From positions 192,001-256,000 of the forward strand of contig CAVXWZ010000008.1 of assembly GCA_963765575.1 (NCBI GenBank): DNA of 64,000 nucleotides, read 5' to 3'. The stretch is from an uncultured cyanobacterium. GTDB lineage: Bacteria > Cyanobacteriota > Cyanobacteriia > PCC-6307 > Cyanobiaceae. Positions within the stretch are counted from its first letter, which is position 1. Each line of letters opens with the position of its first letter. The position numbers were made by a program, and so were the translations under genes. Shown piece by piece: positions 1 to 10,072 of the stretch. Under the pieces are notes generated by a model, which did no database searches, was not told where the DNA came from, and worked only from the letters and a program-made list of their open reading frames with translations.

Positions 1-809
1 ACCACATCGCGGCCGAAGCGGGTGTCGTCGCTGAGGGTGCAGCTGGCCGGATCCACGAAGGTCACGCCCTCCGCCATCCAGCGGCGCCGCAGCCGCTCCT
101 GCAGCACGGCCTCGCACTGGCTGAGCTGCAACCGGTCATTGATGCCGCTGATCTCGGCGCTGTCGGCCACCTCCAGGTGCATCGCCGGCGCCAGCATGGC
201 CACGGTGTCGGTGAGGTAGAGCTCACCCTGGTCGTTGTTGCTGCTCAGCAGCGGCAGCACAGCCGCCAGCTGGCGCCAGCTGAAGCAGTAGATGCCGGCG
301 TTGATCAGGGTGTTCTGCCGCTGGCTTGGGCTGCAGTCGCGGTGCTCCACGATCGCGCTCACCCGGCCGTCGTCGCCGGCGAACACCCGGCCGTAGCCGC
401 TGGGATCGGCGAGCCGGGCGGTGAGCAGGGTCACGGCGGCGCCGCTGGCGCGGTGTTGGGCCAGGAGGTTCTCGAGCGTTTCGGCCCGCAGCAGCGGCAC
501 ATCGCCATTGAGCACCAGCAGATCGCCCTGGAAGTCCTGCAGGGGCTCCAGCAGGTGCTGCACGGCATGGCCGGTGCCCCGCTGGGGCTGCTGCAGCACG
601 AACTCCAACCCCGGCTGGGTCGCCAGCGACTGCTCCACCCGTGCGGCCTGGTGGCCCACGATCAGCAGGCGGCGCTGCGGGCTGAGGGCCTGGCAGCTGC
701 CCAGCACCCGCTCCACCAGCGTGGCGCCCGCCAGGGGCTGGAGCACCTTGGGCAGGTCGCTCTTCATGCGGGTGCCTTTTCCAGCGGCCAGCACGGCAAC
801 GGCGAGCAT
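1..809 (-). CDS. glmU: Bifunctional UDP-GlcNAc pyrophosphorylase / glucosamine-1-P acetyltransferase (3' end outside window)
   Basis: Reverse strand from ATG at 809 reads [28 protein letters not shown]...; GTGHAV and NAGIYCF motifs follow. Confidence 0.95.
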   Translation of the reverse strand, partial: MLAVAVLAAGKGTRMKSDLPKVLQPLAGATLVERVLGSCQALSPQRRLLIVGHQAARVEQSLATQPGLEFVLQQPQRGTGHAVQHLLEPLQDFQGDLLVLNGDVPLLRAETLENLLAQHRASGAAVTLLTARLADPSGYGRVFAGDDGRVSAIVEHRDCSPSQRQNTLINAGIYCFSWRQLAAVLPLLSSNNDQGELYLTDTVAMLAPAMHLEVADSAEISGINDRLQLSQCEAVLQERLRRRWMAEGVTFVDPASCTLSDDTRFGRDV

Positions 810-869
810 CAGCGGGGCACGGCAGCTGGGCGGGAATCTACGTGGGCTGGTCGCCCCGGGCGCAGGCCG

Positions 870-2195
870 TCAGCGGCGCAGCCGGGCGAGGTCATCCCAG
901 AAGCCTGGATAGGACACCGCGGCGGCCTCGGGCCGGTGCAGCACGGTGTCACCGCGGGCGATGCCGGCGGCCACCGCCAGGCTCATGGCCACGCGGTGAT
1001 CGGTTTCGCTGTCCACCGCGGTGCCGCCCAGCTCCGTGCTGCCGGTGATGGCCATGCCGTCCTCGAAGGCCTCGATGCGGGCTCCCATGGCCCCCAGCTG
1101 ACGGGCCATCACGGCCAGGCGGTCGGTTTCCTTGACCCGCAGTTCGGCCGCATCGGTGATGCGGCTGATGCCCTCGGCGCAGCAGGCGGCCACCGCCAGC
1201 ACCGGGATCTCGTCCACCAGGCGCGGGATCAGCTCGCCACCGATCGTGAACGCCCGCAGCGGCCCGTGGCTCACGCGCAGGTCGCCCACCGGCTCGCCGG
1301 CGACATCGCGGGGGTTGAGCACCTCCAGCCGGGCGCCCATCTGCTCGAGCACCTCCAGGATGCCGGTGCGGCTTGGGTTGAGGCCCACGTTCTCCACCGT
1401 GAGCGCGGCCCCGGGGGTGATGGCGGCGGCCACCAGCCAGAAGGCGGCTGAGCTGATGTCGCCCGGCACCACCACCGTCTGGCCCCGCAACCGGCCTCCA
1501 GGGGTCAGGGTCACGCGGGTGTGGCCGGGGCCGCCCACCTCCAGCTGGGCCCCGAAGGCCCGCAGCATGCGCTCGCTGTGGTCGCGGCTCTGGGCCGGCT
1601 CGATCACGGTGGTGGGGCCCTCGGCCGTGAGGCCCGCCAGCAGGATGGCGCTCTTCACCTGGGCCGAGGCCACCGGGGTGTGGATCGTCGTGCCCCGCAG
1701 CGGCTGACCGAGCACCGCCAGCGGGGCGAAGTTGCCGTCCCGGCGGCCATGGATGGCGGCGCCCATCTGGGTCAGTGGCGCGCCCACCCGCCGCATCGGT
1801 CGCAGCCGCAGGGAGCTGTCGCCGCTGAGCACGAAGTGGCGGCCCGCCCGCCCCGCCAGCAGGCCCAGCATCAGGCGCATGGTGGTGCCGGAGTTGCCGC
1901 AATCCAGTACGTCAAGGGGTTCCTGGAAGCCATCGAGCCCCACCCCCTCCACGCTCACCACCGCGCCGGCGCGGATCTCCGACACGCCCACCCCCATCGC
2001 CCTCAGGCAGGCGGCGGTGCTGAGCGGGTCTTCGGCCGGCAGCAGCCCCTCGATGCGGGTGCTGCCTTCGGCGATGGCGCCGAACAGCAGGGCCCGGTGG
2101 GAGATCGACTTGTCCCCCGGCACCCGCACCACGCCCCGCAGGCTGCCGCCGCCGCGCAGATGCAGGGGCCTGGGGGCGGCACTGGACTCGGCCAC
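870..2195 (-). CDS. aroA: 3-phosphoshikimate 1-carboxyvinyltransferase (EPSP synthase)
   Basis: [35 protein letters not shown] and DHRVAM motifs. Confidence 0.97.
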   Translation of the reverse strand: MAESSAAPRPLHLRGGGSLRGVVRVPGDKSISHRALLFGAIAEGSTRIEGLLPAEDPLSTAACLRAMGVGVSEIRAGAVVSVEGVGLDGFQEPLDVLDCGNSGTTMRLMLGLLAGRAGRHFVLSGDSSLRLRPMRRVGAPLTQMGAAIHGRRDGNFAPLAVLGQPLRGTTIHTPVASAQVKSAILLAGLTAEGPTTVIEPAQSRDHSERMLRAFGAQLEVGGPGHTRVTLTPGGRLRGQTVVVPGDISSAAFWLVAAAITPGAALTVENVGLNPSRTGILEVLEQMGARLEVLNPRDVAGEPVGDLRVSHGPLRAFTIGGELIPRLVDEIPVLAVAACCAEGISRITDAAELRVKETDRLAVMARQLGAMGARIEAFEDGMAITGSTELGGTAVDSETDHRVAMSLAVAAGIARGDTVLHRPEAAAVSYPGFWDDLARLRR

Positions 2196-2242
2196 GGACT
2201 GGGGCGCTGGTGCGGCGATCCTATGGAGCGCAGGGCAGCCGC

Positions 2243-2710
2243 TCAGCCCAGCAGCAAGCCGCCCTCGGCGTCGGCACTGGCCTCGGCGCTGCGCAGGTCG
2301 AACAGCAGCTCTGCGAGCGTGAGCTCCTCCAGGGCCTGGTGGCGGGCCCGCTCCAGCCGCTGCTGCAGGGCGTCGGTGACCCGGTCGGCGGCGGAGGGCC
2401 CGGCGGCGGTGGCCGCCACGGTCCCCTGCCGCTGGCCGGCCCCGGAGCCGCTGTCGCTCGCTTCGCCCAGCCCGGCCAGCACCGCCGCCACGCTGATGTG
2501 GCCGGCGTCCCGCGCCAGCCGGTAGCCCCCAAGCCGTCCCCGCCGGGCCACCAGCAGCCCGGCGCGGCGCAGCCGCAGCAGCAGTTGCTCAAGCATCGGC
2601 TCGGGCAGCTGCTGAGCGCCGGCCAGCTCGTGGCTGGAGCGCCAGTGCTGGGGGTCGCGGGCCAGTTCCAGCAGGGCCTTGAGGGCGTGGCTGGCCTGCC
2701 GGCTGAGCAT
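2243..2710 (-). CDS. Rrf2-family transcriptional regulator (no Fe-S Cys ligands)
   Basis: [17 protein letters not shown]...[28 protein letters not shown] winged-helix pattern; ATG at 2710 directly after the ubiD stop. Confidence 0.85.
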   Translation of the reverse strand: MLSRQASHALKALLELARDPQHWRSSHELAGAQQLPEPMLEQLLLRLRRAGLLVARRGRLGGYRLARDAGHISVAAVLAGLGEASDSGSGAGQRQGTVAATAAGPSAADRVTDALQQRLERARHQALEELTLAELLFDLRSAEASADAEGGLLLG

Positions 2711-2711
2711 C

Positions 2712-4284
2712 TCAGCGGCCCACCGCAGCTCCGGCCGCCGCACCCGCCAGCCGTTCCAGCACGTGCTCCAGGGTGTAGCCGAAGAGGGCGGGATCCGGCG
2801 GCTCCTGGCCGATGTCCGCCAGCCCCAGCTCCTGCCAGCGGCCGTCGATGCGCTGCTCCAGCTCGGCGGGCCGTTGCAGCGGTTCGCCCCAGGGGTGGCG
2901 CTTCTCCGGACCGATCTTGGTGGTGGCATCGATCGCCAGCCGGCCCCCCAGCCCCAGCCGCTCGCTGGCGAAATCGAGGGAATCAAAGGGGGTGTTCTCG
3001 AGCACGAACAGGTCGCGCTGGGGATCCACCAGGGCGCTGATCGCCCAGATCACCTGGCGCGGGTCGCGGATGTTGATGCTCTTGTCCACCACCACCACAA
3101 ACTTCGTGTAGGTGAACTGGGGCAGGGCACTCCAGAAGGCCATCGCCGAGCGCTTGGCCTGGCCCGGGTAGGCCTTGTCGATGGCGATCACGGCCAACTT
3201 GTAGCTCAACCCCTCCATGGGCAGGAAGAAATCCACGATTTCGGGGATCTGCTGGCGCAGGATCGGTGTGTAGATCCGGTTCAGGGCAATCGCCAGCATC
3301 GCGTCCTCCTTGGGCGGCCGGCCGCTGAAGGTGGTGAAGTAGATCGGCTGGCGGCGCTGGGTGATGCACTGGAAGCGCACCAGCGGTGAGGCCTCGACGC
3401 CGCCGTAGAAGCCCATGTGGTCGCCGAAGGGGCCATCGGCCAGCTCCTCGCCGGGGGTGATCGTGCCCTCCAGCACCACCTCGCTGTGGCTGGGAACCTC
3501 CAGATTCACGGTCTTGCACTTCGCCAGCCGCACCCCCTCGCCGGCGTAGAGCCCGGCGAACAGCCACTCGCTGAGCTGCACCGGGATCGGTGTGGCTGCC
3601 GCCAGCACCAGCAGGGGATGCACGCCGATGGCGATGGCGATCTCCAGTTTCTTGCCCATGGCCGCCGCCTTGCGCAGGTGGCGAGCCCCCCCGCGCACGC
3701 TCAGCCAGTGCACCGTCATCGTGTTGATCGACTGCTGTTGCAGCCGGTACACGCCCACGTTGGGGGTGCCGGTCTCGGGATCCTTGGTGATCACCAGGCC
3801 GAGGGTGATGATCCGGCCGCCATCGCCGGGCCAGGGGCGCAGCAACGGCAGGGCATCAAGGTTCACCGCCTCCCCCTTGAACACCTGCTGGCGGCAGGGC
3901 GGCGTCAGGTCGAGGTCGGGCTTGGCCTTGAGCACATCCAGCAGCACCGAGCCGAAGCGCACCGCCTCCCGGGCACCCTTGCGGCGGCCGGGGCTGCTGC
4001 AGCAGGGCCAGCCGCTCGCCCAGGGCCTCGAGCTCCTCGGGCCGTTCCATGCCCAGGCTCCACAGCACCCGCTCCTGGGTGCCCATCAGGTTGATCGCCA
4101 CCGGCATCGTGGAGCCGATCACGTTCTCGAACAGCAGCGCCGGACCGCCGGCGGCCAGCACCCGATCGGCGATCGCCGCCAGCTCCAGGTCTGGGTCCAC
4201 CGGGGCGCTGATGCGCCGCAACCGTCCCCGCTCCTCCAGCAGGCTCAGGAACCGGCGCAGGTCACGGCCATGCGGAATCGCCAC
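2712..4284 (-). pseudogene. ubiD: UbiD-family (4-hydroxy-3-polyprenylbenzoate) decarboxylase, split by a single extra base at ~3981 (possibly a sequencing error)
   Basis: N-half RDLRRFLSLLEERG...QPRPP (3856-4284) and C-half RFGSVLLD...GPFGDHMGFY...GRPPKED (2712-3962) join as QPRPP-KGAREAVRF if base 3981 is removed. Confidence 0.9.
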
Positions 4285-4415
4285 GGGATGTCAGATGGGC
4301 CTAGCGGCCGTCACTGTGGCGCAGGCTGCCGGCCGCTGCTGACACACTGATCCGGCGCCAGCCGCCTCCGGCTGCGGCATCGGCGCGTTCCCTCCCGCCT
4401 GCGGCCCGCGACTTC

Positions 4416-5171
4416 GTGCAGATCTCCTACTTCCACAGCTCCGAAACCGTTCCCCCGCTCAGCCCCCCGGAGCAGGGAGGACCGGATGCTGCGGTGGTGA
4501 TCGACGTGCTGCGGGCCACCACCACGATCGCCTGGGCCCTGCACAACGGCGCCGAGGCGATTCAGGCCTTCGCGGACCTCGACGACCTGGACGCCGCCGC
4601 CCGGGACTGGCCAGCCGAGGCACGCCTGCGCGCCGGCGAGCGCGGCGGCCAGCGGGTGCAGGGGTATGACCTGGGCAATTCCCCCCTGGCCGTGACGCCC
4701 GAGCTGGTGGGCGGCAAGCGCATCTTCCTGAGCACCACCAACGGCACCCGCTCCCTGGCGGCGGTGCGGGCGGTGCCGCTGCTGCTCACCGCCTGCCTGG
4801 GCAACCGCACCGCCGTGGCGCGGCGGCTGCTGGAGCGGGACTGCCAGCGGCTGTGGGTCGTGGGCAGCGGCTGGGAGGGTGCCTACTCCCTGGAGGACAG
4901 CCTGGCCGCTGGCGCGGTGGTTTCGGCGGTCACCGAACTGGCGGTGGCGCCCCATGTGGGCGTGCGCTTCGGCAACGACGAGATGCTCGCCGCCATGGCG
5001 CTATGGCAGCAGTGGCGCCAGGACCCGGACACCTGTCTGCGTGTGGCCAGCCATGGTCAGCGGCTGATGGGTCTGGGCGACCACGACGGCGACTTCGCCT
5101 GCTGCAGCGCCGTGGACAGCCTCGATATCGTGCCCATTCAGCAGGAACCGGGCGTGCTGCGGGCCAGCTGA
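4416..5171 (+). CDS. comB: 2-phosphosulfolactate phosphatase family protein
   Basis: [28 protein letters not shown] and SLED motifs. Confidence 0.9.
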   Translation: MQISYFHSSETVPPLSPPEQGGPDAAVVIDVLRATTTIAWALHNGAEAIQAFADLDDLDAAARDWPAEARLRAGERGGQRVQGYDLGNSPLAVTPELVGGKRIFLSTTNGTRSLAAVRAVPLLLTACLGNRTAVARRLLERDCQRLWVVGSGWEGAYSLEDSLAAGAVVSAVTELAVAPHVGVRFGNDEMLAAMALWQQWRQDPDTCLRVASHGQRLMGLGDHDGDFACCSAVDSLDIVPIQQEPGVLRAS

Positions 5172-5210
5172 AGGCAGCTCCGATACACTTCGGCCCTCTG
5201 ATCCGTCGAT

Positions 5211-6041
5211 GTGGTGAGCAGCTATCTGGCGGCAGCTGTGCAACTCACCAGCACGCCGGACCCTGACGCCAATTTTGCCGCTGCTGAGGAGCAGATCGAG
5301 CTCGCTTCCCGCCGCGGTGCCGAGCTCGTGGGCCTGCCGGAAAACTTCGCCTTCATGGGGGAGGACGAGCTGCGGCTGCAGCTGGCCCCGGCCCTGGCGG
5401 AACGCTGCAGCCGCTTCCTGGTGACGATGGCCCGGCGCTACCAGGTGACCCTGCTGGGCGGCGGCTTTCCGGTGCCGGCCGGGGAGGGCCTCACCCTCAA
5501 CCGCGCCGAGCTGGTGGGCACCGAGGGGCAGCTGCTGGGCCGCTACGACAAGATCCACCTCTTCGATGTCGATCTTCCCGACGGCGACACCTACCGCGAG
5601 TCGGCCACCGTGCAGCCCGGCCATGACCTGCCGCCGGTGGTGGCGGTGCCTGGGCTGGGGCGCATCGGCCTGTCGATCTGCTACGACGTGCGCTTTCCGG
5701 AGCTCTATCGCCACCTGGCCCGTGACGGGGCCGACGTGCTGATGGTGCCGGCAGCCTTCACCGCCTTCACCGGCAAGGACCACTGGCAGGTGCTGCTGCA
5801 GGCCCGGGCGATCGAGAACACCGCCTATGTGGTGGCCCCCGCCCAGACCGGCCTGCACTACGCCCGTCGCCAGACCCATGGCCATGCCCTGGTGATCGAT
5901 CCCTGGGGCACGGTGCTGGCCGATGCCGGCGTCGGCCCCGGCCTGGCGGTGGCCCCCATCGATCCCCGCCACGGGCAGCGGGTGCGGGCCCAGATGCCCA
6001 GCCTCCAGCACCGCCGTCCCGCCCTCTTCTCGGTTCGCTGA
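5211..6041 (+). CDS. Carbon-nitrogen hydrolase (Nit1 / deaminated-glutathione amidase type)
   Basis: Catalytic triad motifs LPEN, YDKIHLFD, ICYDVRFPE; ARAIEN. Start may be GTG at 5214. Confidence 0.9.
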   Translation: MVSSYLAAAVQLTSTPDPDANFAAAEEQIELASRRGAELVGLPENFAFMGEDELRLQLAPALAERCSRFLVTMARRYQVTLLGGGFPVPAGEGLTLNRAELVGTEGQLLGRYDKIHLFDVDLPDGDTYRESATVQPGHDLPPVVAVPGLGRIGLSICYDVRFPELYRHLARDGADVLMVPAAFTAFTGKDHWQVLLQARAIENTAYVVAPAQTGLHYARRQTHGHALVIDPWGTVLADAGVGPGLAVAPIDPRHGQRVRAQMPSLQHRRPALFSVR

Positions 6042-7120
6042 TGCGCTCGTCATGGCGCTGGATGGGATGGCGGGGGCTGCTGGTGCTGGCCCTGCTGCTG
6101 GCGGATCTCCCCGCCCTGGCCTCCAGCCTGGCGGCCTGGCGGATCTCTCGTCCGGGAATTCTGGAGCTGCGCACCAGCCCGGATGTGTCCCTGCAGGCGT
6201 TCTACGAGGCCGGTGAAGGCGGCCGTGGCCCACGGGTGTGGGTCGACTTCCCCGGGGCCCCCCAGCGCAGCCGCACGATCCCCGGCAGCGGGGCGGTCCG
6301 CGAAGTGCGCATCGGCCGGCCCACCCCCAACACCACCCGGCTGGTGCTGGAGTTTGTGCCGGGAACCAGTCTGGATCCCCGCAGCCTGCGGCTGGTGGGC
6401 ACCTCCCGGGACCGCTGGCGGATGGATTTCCGGGGCCTGGAGCGGCCGGTGCTGCGCGCCATGGGGGAGGGCAATGTGCTGGCCTCCAGTGGCTGGGCCG
6501 GTGCGCCGCGCAGCTCCTTCCCCACCGCCACCGCGCCCCTCTCGGCCGATGGCCTGCCGGTGGTCCCCCGCGGCCGCTACCGGGTGGTGATCGATCCCGG
6601 CCACGGCGGGCCCGATCCCGGCGCGGTGGGCATCGGTGGCCTGCGCGAAACCAATGTGGTGCTGGATGTCTCCCTGCAGGTGGCCCGCTTGCTGCAGGAG
6701 CGTGGCGTGCTGGTGACCCTCACCCGCACCAGCGAGATCGACCTGGACCTGCCGCCGCGGGTGGCGATCGCCAACCGCTCGGGGGCTTCAGCCTTCGTGA
6801 GCATCCACGCCAACGCCCTGAGCATGGCCCGGCCCGATGTCAACGGGGTCGAGAGTTTCTACTTCTCGGGAGGACGTTCCCAGTCCCTGGCCGCTGCCTT
6901 GCAACGGCGGATGATGGCGGTCTCTCCCGGCACCCCCAATCGGGGGGTGAAACAGGGCCGCTTCTTCGTGATCCGCCGCACGGTGATGCCGGCCACCCTG
7001 ATCGAGATGGGCTTCGTCACCGGCGCCATCGACGCCCCCCGGCTGGCCAATCCCCAGTTCCGTCGTCGCCTGGCCCTGGCGGTGGCCGCCGGCATCCTCG
7101 ATTTCCTGGGGGGACGCTGA
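6041..7120 (+). CDS. N-acetylmuramoyl-L-alanine amidase (AMIN + Amidase_3)
   Basis: Signal-like N-terminus; IDPGHGGPDPGA, E..VVL, SIHANA and LIEMGF Zn-amidase motifs. Confidence 0.92.
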   Translation: MRSSWRWMGWRGLLVLALLLADLPALASSLAAWRISRPGILELRTSPDVSLQAFYEAGEGGRGPRVWVDFPGAPQRSRTIPGSGAVREVRIGRPTPNTTRLVLEFVPGTSLDPRSLRLVGTSRDRWRMDFRGLERPVLRAMGEGNVLASSGWAGAPRSSFPTATAPLSADGLPVVPRGRYRVVIDPGHGGPDPGAVGIGGLRETNVVLDVSLQVARLLQERGVLVTLTRTSEIDLDLPPRVAIANRSGASAFVSIHANALSMARPDVNGVESFYFSGGRSQSLAAALQRRMMAVSPGTPNRGVKQGRFFVIRRTVMPATLIEMGFVTGAIDAPRLANPQFRRRLALAVAAGILDFLGGR

Positions 7121-7944
7121 TGAGCCTGGTGGTGGGCCTGTTCGACAGCGGCCTGGGTGGTCTCACTGTCCTGCGACGGGTGCATGCCTGCTATCCCCAC
7201 TCCCCCTGCCTCTACCTCGGCGACACCGCCCGGGTCCCCTACGGCACCCGCAGTGTCGACGACATCCGTGCCATCGCCGCCGAGGTGGTGGAGTGGTTGC
7301 GCCACGAAGGGGTGGGGGTGTTGGTGATGGCCTGCAACACCTCCAACGCCCTGGCCCTGGATGTGGCGGTGGCCCAGGCCACCGTTCCCGTGGTGGGGTT
7401 GATCGACAGCGTGGCGGCCGTGATCGAGAGCGATCACGTGGGCGTGCTGGCCACCCCCGCCACCGCCGCCAGTGGGGCCTACCGGCGGGCGATTCACGCC
7501 AGTCGCCCACGGGCCCGGGTCACGGAAGTGGGCTGCCCGGCCTTCGTGCCCCTGATCGAGGCTGGCCTGCTGAATGCCCCGGAGCTGCGCGAGGCCGCGC
7601 GCCGCTATGTGGAGCCGCTGCTGGCAGCGGCGGTGGACACCGTGGTGATGGGCTGCACCCACTACCCGTTGCTGCGCTCGCTCCTGCAGGAGCTGTTGCC
7701 GCCCGGCACCCATCTGATCGACCCCGCCGAAGCGGCGGTGGAGCGGCTGGGCCCCCTGCTGGCCAGCCTGGGGGATCTGCCGGAATCCGAGCAGTCCCTC
7801 ACCCTGCTGCCGCCGCCCATGCAGCGCACCCGCCTCTGCGTCACCGGTTGCCCTGACAGCTTCGCCAGCTCGGCCAACACCTGGCTGGGCCGCTGCCCTG
7901 AGGTGGAGCGCGTGAGCCTGCGGTCGGTCGGCCGCGCCGCCTAG
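7120..7944 (+). CDS. murI: Glutamate racemase
   Basis: GLFDSGLGGLTV, GDTARVPYG, MACNTS and MGCTHYP; ATG overlaps the amidase stop (TGATG). Confidence 0.95.
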   Translation: MSLVVGLFDSGLGGLTVLRRVHACYPHSPCLYLGDTARVPYGTRSVDDIRAIAAEVVEWLRHEGVGVLVMACNTSNALALDVAVAQATVPVVGLIDSVAAVIESDHVGVLATPATAASGAYRRAIHASRPRARVTEVGCPAFVPLIEAGLLNAPELREAARRYVEPLLAAAVDTVVMGCTHYPLLRSLLQELLPPGTHLIDPAEAAVERLGPLLASLGDLPESEQSLTLLPPPMQRTRLCVTGCPDSFASSANTWLGRCPEVERVSLRSVGRAA

Positions 7945-7967
7945 GATCAGCCCACAAGGGAGGTGTT

Positions 7968-8939
7968 GTGGCAACGGTTGCTGAGCTGCTCCAGCCCGTG
8001 GAGGCCGATCTCGATGCCCTTCTGGCCGACCTGCGCAGCCTGATCGGAGCCGGCCATCCGATCCTCCAGGCCGCCGCTGAGCATCTGTTTGCCGCCGGAG
8101 GCAAACGCCTCCGTCCCGGCATCGTGCTGCTGCTCTCCCGCGCCGTGGCGCCGGATGGTGAGCTGAGCGCCCGGCACCGGCGGCTGGCCGAGATCACCGA
8201 GATGATCCACACCGCCTCGCTGGTGCACGACGACGTGGTCGATGGGGCGGCCACCCGCCGCGGCGTCGACACCGTCCACAGCCGGTTCAACCACCGTGTG
8301 GCCGTGCTGGCGGGAGATTTTCTCTTCGCCCAGGCCAGCTGGCACCTCGCCAATCTCGATGATCTGGCGGTGGTGAAGCTGCTCAGCCGGGTGATCATGG
8401 ACCTGGCCGATGGGGAGGTCAAGCAGGGCCTGTTCCGCTACGACACCGGCCAGAGCTTCGAGACCTACCTGGAGAAGAGCTACTGCAAGACGGCCTCCCT
8501 GATCGCCAACAGCGCCCGCGCCGCCGGAGTGTTGTCCGAGCTGCCGGATGAGCGCCTCGATGCCCTCAATCGCTTCGGCCGCCAGCTCGGCCTGGCCTTC
8601 CAGGTGGTGGACGACATCCTCGATTTCACCGGCAGCGACCAGCAGCTGGGCAAGCCCGCCGCCAGCGATCTGGCCTCCGGCTACCTCACCGCCCCGGCGC
8701 TCTATGCCCTCGAGGAGCGGCCGGCCCTGGCCGGGCTGATCGAGCGGGAGTTCAGCCAGGAGGGGGATCTGGAGCAGGCCCTGGCCCTGGTGCGGGGCTG
8801 CGAGGCGATTCCCCGTTCCCGGGCCCTGGCCGAACAGTTCGCCCGCGAAGCTGCCGAAGCGATCACCTGGCTACCGGCCTCCGAACCGCGCAGCGCCCTG
8901 CGCGCCCTGCCCGATTTCGTGCTCAGCCGGCTCTTCTGA
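7968..8939 (+). CDS. sds: Solanesyl diphosphate synthase
   Basis: GGKRLRP, LVHDDVVD (FARM), FQVVDDILD (SARM), KTASL. Confidence 0.92.
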   Translation: MATVAELLQPVEADLDALLADLRSLIGAGHPILQAAAEHLFAAGGKRLRPGIVLLLSRAVAPDGELSARHRRLAEITEMIHTASLVHDDVVDGAATRRGVDTVHSRFNHRVAVLAGDFLFAQASWHLANLDDLAVVKLLSRVIMDLADGEVKQGLFRYDTGQSFETYLEKSYCKTASLIANSARAAGVLSELPDERLDALNRFGRQLGLAFQVVDDILDFTGSDQQLGKPAASDLASGYLTAPALYALEERPALAGLIEREFSQEGDLEQALALVRGCEAIPRSRALAEQFAREAAEAITWLPASEPRSALRALPDFVLSRLF

Positions 8940-8962
8940 GCGCGCGCTGGCCCAGCCAGGCC

Positions 8963-9616
8963 TCAGCTGAGATCCACGGCCCGCAGTGACTGCAGGCAGT
9001 GGCTGCCGGCTGGGAAGCGGCCCCCGTCCTCGCCTTCGGACAGCAGCACCACCACCCGGCAACCGGCACTGGCCGCCGCCCTGGCTCCGGCCTGGGAATC
9101 CTCGAAGGCCCAGCACTGCGTGGCCGGCACCCCCAGCCGCTCAGCGGCCAGCAGAAAGGGGTCGGGGGCGGGCTTGCCGGCCAGCAGCTCCGGCTCATCG
9201 CCGTGGACGCGCACGGCGATGGCCTCCAGCCAGGGATGGGGGGCACTCTTGAGCGCCACCGAGGGCCGTGCGCTGCTGGTCACCAGGGCCATGGGAATGG
9301 CGAGGTCGCGGCAGCGCTGCAGCAGCTCCGGTGCCCCATCGATGGCGGGAGCTTGCACCAGCAGCGATTCGGCGATGGGCTGGCGCACGGCCAGCAGCTC
9401 CTGCACCGACGGCAGGGCGCCCCCACTTTCGCCGATCCAGCGCCGCACCTGGGCGGCACAGTCCAGCCGCCGGCGACCGCGCAGCTGCAGCAGCTCGGCC
9501 GCGTTGAGCTCCCGGCCGAAGTGGCTGGCGGCCTGACGCCAGGCCCTGGCATGCAGGGGCTCGGTATCGAGCAACAGTCCGTCGAGGTCGAAGAGGCAGG
9601 CGGCGGGACGGCTCAT
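8963..9616 (-). CDS. HAD-family phosphatase
   Basis: FDLDGLLLDTE motif I, VTSS motif II, KPAPD and FEDS motifs. Confidence 0.9.
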   Translation of the reverse strand: MSRPAACLFDLDGLLLDTEPLHARAWRQAASHFGRELNAAELLQLRGRRRLDCAAQVRRWIGESGGALPSVQELLAVRQPIAESLLVQAPAIDGAPELLQRCRDLAIPMALVTSSARPSVALKSAPHPWLEAIAVRVHGDEPELLAGKPAPDPFLLAAERLGVPATQCWAFEDSQAGARAAASAGCRVVVLLSEGEDGGRFPAGSHCLQSLRAVDLS

Positions 9617-9650
9617 GCCGCCATTCTCTCCGCAGCGGGTCCCCCGGGGT

Positions 9651-10046
9651 TCAGTCCTCGATGGCCTCGACGCTGAAGCGCTCCGGCCGGCCGCAGGCCT
9701 CGGGATGGAGCCAGCTCCAGCGGCTCGAGATGGTGAGGAAGAGCTGGCTGCCGGCGGGGCCCCTGCCCAGGCCCATCCCTGGCCACTTGCTCCACACCAC
9801 CGGCGCTGGCCGCTGCCCTTGGCGCGCGAACCAGGCCGCCCGTTGGCTGCGGTGCAGGATCGGCCGGCCGTCGTAGCGGAACAACAGGGGCGCCGCCGCC
9901 TGGGCGGGGCTGTTGAGGCGGAACCACACCCGCTTGCTGCGCTGCAGATACCAGAACCGCCAGCAACAGCCCGCCAGCGAGCGGTTGGCCGGGTTGCTGT
10001 ACACCAGCCCCGGGGCCCGCTGGGGGGCGCTGCTGCTGCGGTTCAC
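9651..10046 (-). CDS. Hypothetical Trp/Arg-rich protein
   Basis: GTG at 10046; codons end almost entirely in G/C; fills the gap between the HAD gene and acs; no recognisable domain. Confidence 0.5.
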   Translation of the reverse strand: MNRSSSAPQRAPGLVYSNPANRSLAGCCWRFWYLQRSKRVWFRLNSPAQAAAPLLFRYDGRPILHRSQRAAWFARQGQRPAPVVWSKWPGMGLGRGPAGSQLFLTISSRWSWLHPEACGRPERFSVEAIED

Positions 10047-10072
10047 AATGGACTCCACCCGCCCGCTCCGTG

